From: a bacterium
GTDB lineage: Bacteria > RBG-13-61-14 > DATKZS01
Length of the DNA: 41,390 nt
Assembly (NCBI GenBank): GCA_046484135.1
Contig: JAWOBU010000060.1
Span: 1 to 41,390 of the forward strand
Direction of reading: 5' to 3'
In this document: positions 39,277 through 41,390 of the stretch, one piece after another
Position numbering within the stretch: position 1 is the first letter of the stretch
How the letters are laid out: every line of letters begins with the position of its first letter
Notes under the pieces: generated by a model
What the model saw: only the letters and a program-made list of their open reading frames with translations
Database searches by the model: none
What the model was told of the DNA's origin: nothing
Program-made: the position numbers and the translations under genes

Positions 39277-41235
39277 TTACTCCGTTATTTTTATTTCGTG
39301 TGCCGCGTGGTCCTCGGCAAGAGTCATCCGCAAAAAACGGTCGGCAATGGAGTAGGCATAACCCGAGCCGGAGCTGTTGCCCTCTTCTTCCGGAATCTCT
39401 TTATCGTCAAGCATGACCCGCCCCGGCTTCTTGTCCCGCCGGACCCGGACCACAAGCTCGCTGTTTCCCGGCCGATAGCCGCCTTCACTCGCGCCTATCA
39501 AAAGCCGCGTCTCCGTGCCGTCGCACTCTATCTTGAAACTGCGCTTCATGAACTTGCCTTGTTCGTGCTCGTCGCTTATCCCGTCGTCATCGTATAGCGA
39601 CCATTCCGTGCTGATGCCGGGGGCAGGATAAAAATCAATTATGATGCGGGCCGGCGACGCCTGGTCAAGATGATCCATGGCAGGCCACTGGAAAATAATG
39701 CCGCCCTCCCGGACGTAGATCGGCAACAGGTCAAGAGGAGCCTCTCTCGTAATGACTGTGGGACCGGAGAAGCGCTCCCCGGTCCAGAAGTCGTACCAGC
39801 CGCCGGGCGGAAGATATATGTTCCTCTGCCTGGATTTCTTTTTAACTACGGGGGCCAGCATCATGAAAGGCCCGAACAAGCACTGGTCCTCGATTTCGAC
39901 GGAGCCGTGGTCGTCCTGGAACTCGTAGAAAAGGGGCCTCAACACGGGCGCGCCGGTTTCATGGCTCTCATGCGCCAGGGTGTACATGGTGGGATGCAGT
40001 TTGTACCGGAGCTTCAAGTACTGGCGGGAGATGTTCTCCACTTCCGTGCCGAAGCGCCACGGCTCCTGCCTGCGCGTGCGCACCGCGGTGTGGTTCCGGC
40101 AGAAAGGATAAAAAGCACCCAGCTCGATCCAGCGCGCGAACAGCTCGGCCGAGCAGTTCCACATAAAGCCGCCGATGTCTGGCCCGCAAAAGGAGACGCC
40201 GGAGAGGCCCAGGTTGAGCAACATGGGAATGGAAAGCGCGAGGTGCGAGAAAGCTGAAGAGTTGTCTCCGGTCCACATGACCGCGTGCCTCTGGATGCCG
40301 GCGTAGCCCGCGCGGGTGATAACAAAGGGCCTTTCCCCCGGCCGGTGCTTTTTTAGTCCTTCCCGGCAGGCGCTGCACAAAAGCTGGCCGTAGACGTTCC
40401 GAAAGCACAAATGCGGCGTATTCCTGCCGCCGTCGTCATGGATCATCTTCGGCTTTCTGACCGGGTGAAGCGGAAGCATGTAGTTCTTGGTCCGCACGTC
40501 CACGCTCCAGCAGGAGGGCTCGTTCATGTCGTTCCATACTCCCCGGATGCCCGCGTCCAGAAGCCGCTTCTGCAGGTCGGCCCACCACTCTCTGACCTCG
40601 GGCTTGGAAAAGTCCGGAAAAGCCACCTTGCCCGGCCAGACCCGAGAGTTGAACTCCATGCCCTTCTTGTCTTTGCAGAAGTATCCTCGGGAGCGGCCTT
40701 CCACGTACAGGTCGCAGTCCTCTGCCTTGGCAATTCCCGGGTCAATAAGGCTTACCAGCTTGATGCCTTTTGCCGAAAGCTCTTGCGAGAGTGCCGGCGG
40801 GTCCGGGAACCGCTCCTTATCAAACGTAAACACCCGGTAACGGTCCATGTAATGGATGTCCATGTGGATCGCGTCACACGGGATGTCGCGGCTTCGCAGC
40901 TCACTCGCTATCTCCCGGACCTCGGAGTCGTTCATATAGGACCAGCGCGACTGCTGGAAACCGAGCGACCATCTGGCAGGCATGGGATGACGGCCGGTGA
41001 GGGCGGTGAACCTTTCCACCACCTCTTTTACAGAAGGCCCCTCCATAACGTAAAGGTCGAGCTCGCCTCCTTCCGCGGTGTAATTGAACGTGCCGGCCGA
41101 GGCTTTTCCCACGTCGAAGCGACATCTGCACGGGTTGTCAAAAAACAGGCCGTGTGCCCTGCCTTCCCGGAGGACCAGTACAAAGGGAATGGAGGCGTAG
41201 ACAGGGTCATAGCTCTTGTGGTAGGGCATGTCCGG
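39277..41235 (-). CDS. GH31 alpha-glucosidase, 5'-truncated
   Basis: 'DPVYASIPF', 'LGFQQSRWSY', 'DIHYMD', 'WNDMNEP' (nucleophile), 'WTGDN', 'GPDIGGF', 'YPFCRNH'; the usual N-terminal domain is missing. Confidence 0.9.
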   Translation of the reverse strand, partial: PDMPYHKSYDPVYASIPFVLVLREGRAHGLFFDNPCRCRFDVGKASAGTFNYTAEGGELDLYVMEGPSVKEVVERFTALTGRHPMPARWSLGFQQSRWSYMNDSEVREIASELRSRDIPCDAIHMDIHYMDRYRVFTFDKERFPDPPALSQELSAKGIKLVSLIDPGIAKAEDCDLYVEGRSRGYFCKDKKGMEFNSRVWPGKVAFPDFSKPEVREWWADLQKRLLDAGIRGVWNDMNEPSCWSVDVRTKNYMLPLHPVRKPKMIHDDGGRNTPHLCFRNVYGQLLCSACREGLKKHRPGERPFVITRAGYAGIQRHAVMWTGDNSSAFSHLALSIPMLLNLGLSGVSFCGPDIGGFMWNCSAELFARWIELGAFYPFCRNHTAVRTRRQEPWRFGTEVENISRQYLKLRYKLHPTMYTLAHESHETGAPVLRPLFYEFQDDHGSVEIEDQCLFGPFMMLAPVVKKKSRQRNIYLPPGGWYDFWTGERFSGPTVITREAPLDLLPIYVREGGIIFQWPAMDHLDQASPARIIIDFYPAPGISTEWSLYDDDGISDEHEQGKFMKRSFKIECDGTETRLLIGASEGGYRPGNSELVVRVRRDKKPGRVMLDDKEIPEEEGNSSGSGYAYSIADRFLRMTLAEDHAAHEIKITE

Positions 41236-41239
41236 GGAA

Positions 41240-41390
41240 ACACTAATCCAACAGGAATGGGTTATTGGGAAAATGCTAATGAAACCTATCCTGATGATAC
41301 TGAAGTTTGGGGAGATCCACAGGCAGGTGGATTAGCAGGAGAATTTATAAGACATCATCATTTTCCTGATGTTTTACATAACAACTATTT
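41240..41390 (+). CDS. Fragment of an AT-rich, probably phage (crAss-like) structural gene
   Basis: Open frame TNPTGMGYWENANETYPDDTEVWGDPQAGGLAGEFIRHHHFPDVLHNNY; about 37% GC by manual count, with A/T-ending codons. Confidence 0.55.

Overview
High-GC chromosomal segment of an anaerobe that looks deltaproteobacterial (Desulfobacterota/Myxococcota-like; inferred from MglA, a periplasmic OPX plus beta-barrel pair, and a heme-c sensor kinase with a sigma54 activator). Housekeeping genes: tilS, tRNA-Met(CAT), gyrB, def. Envelope and glycan genes: MMPL transporter, two GT-C/TPR glycosyltransferases, OPX and beta-barrel, GH92 fusion, GH31, arylsulfotransferase. It also has a two-gene anaerobic ergothioneine pathway (metallopterin oxidoreductase-cysteine desulfurase fusion plus EgtD-type methyltransferase). 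Main unexplained signals: (1) a ~200-nt rod-with-central-bubble RNA-like structure nested in a larger inverted repeat at 257-570; (2) the ergothioneine cassette lies between two diverged copies of the same gene 3' end, which looks like an insertion scar; (3) two perfect XerD-type half-sites without XerC arms between an SPL-like gene and gyrB; (4) a SPOR / helical-repeat / extended-MglA operon without MglB; (5) a coiled-coil plus AT-hook histone-like protein; (6) REP/MITE-like palindromes; (7) a doubly frameshifted outer-membrane gene; (8) an abrupt switch at the right end to AT-rich, phage-like coding sequence that truncates GH31. All calls come from reading the sequence and motifs; no searches were run.
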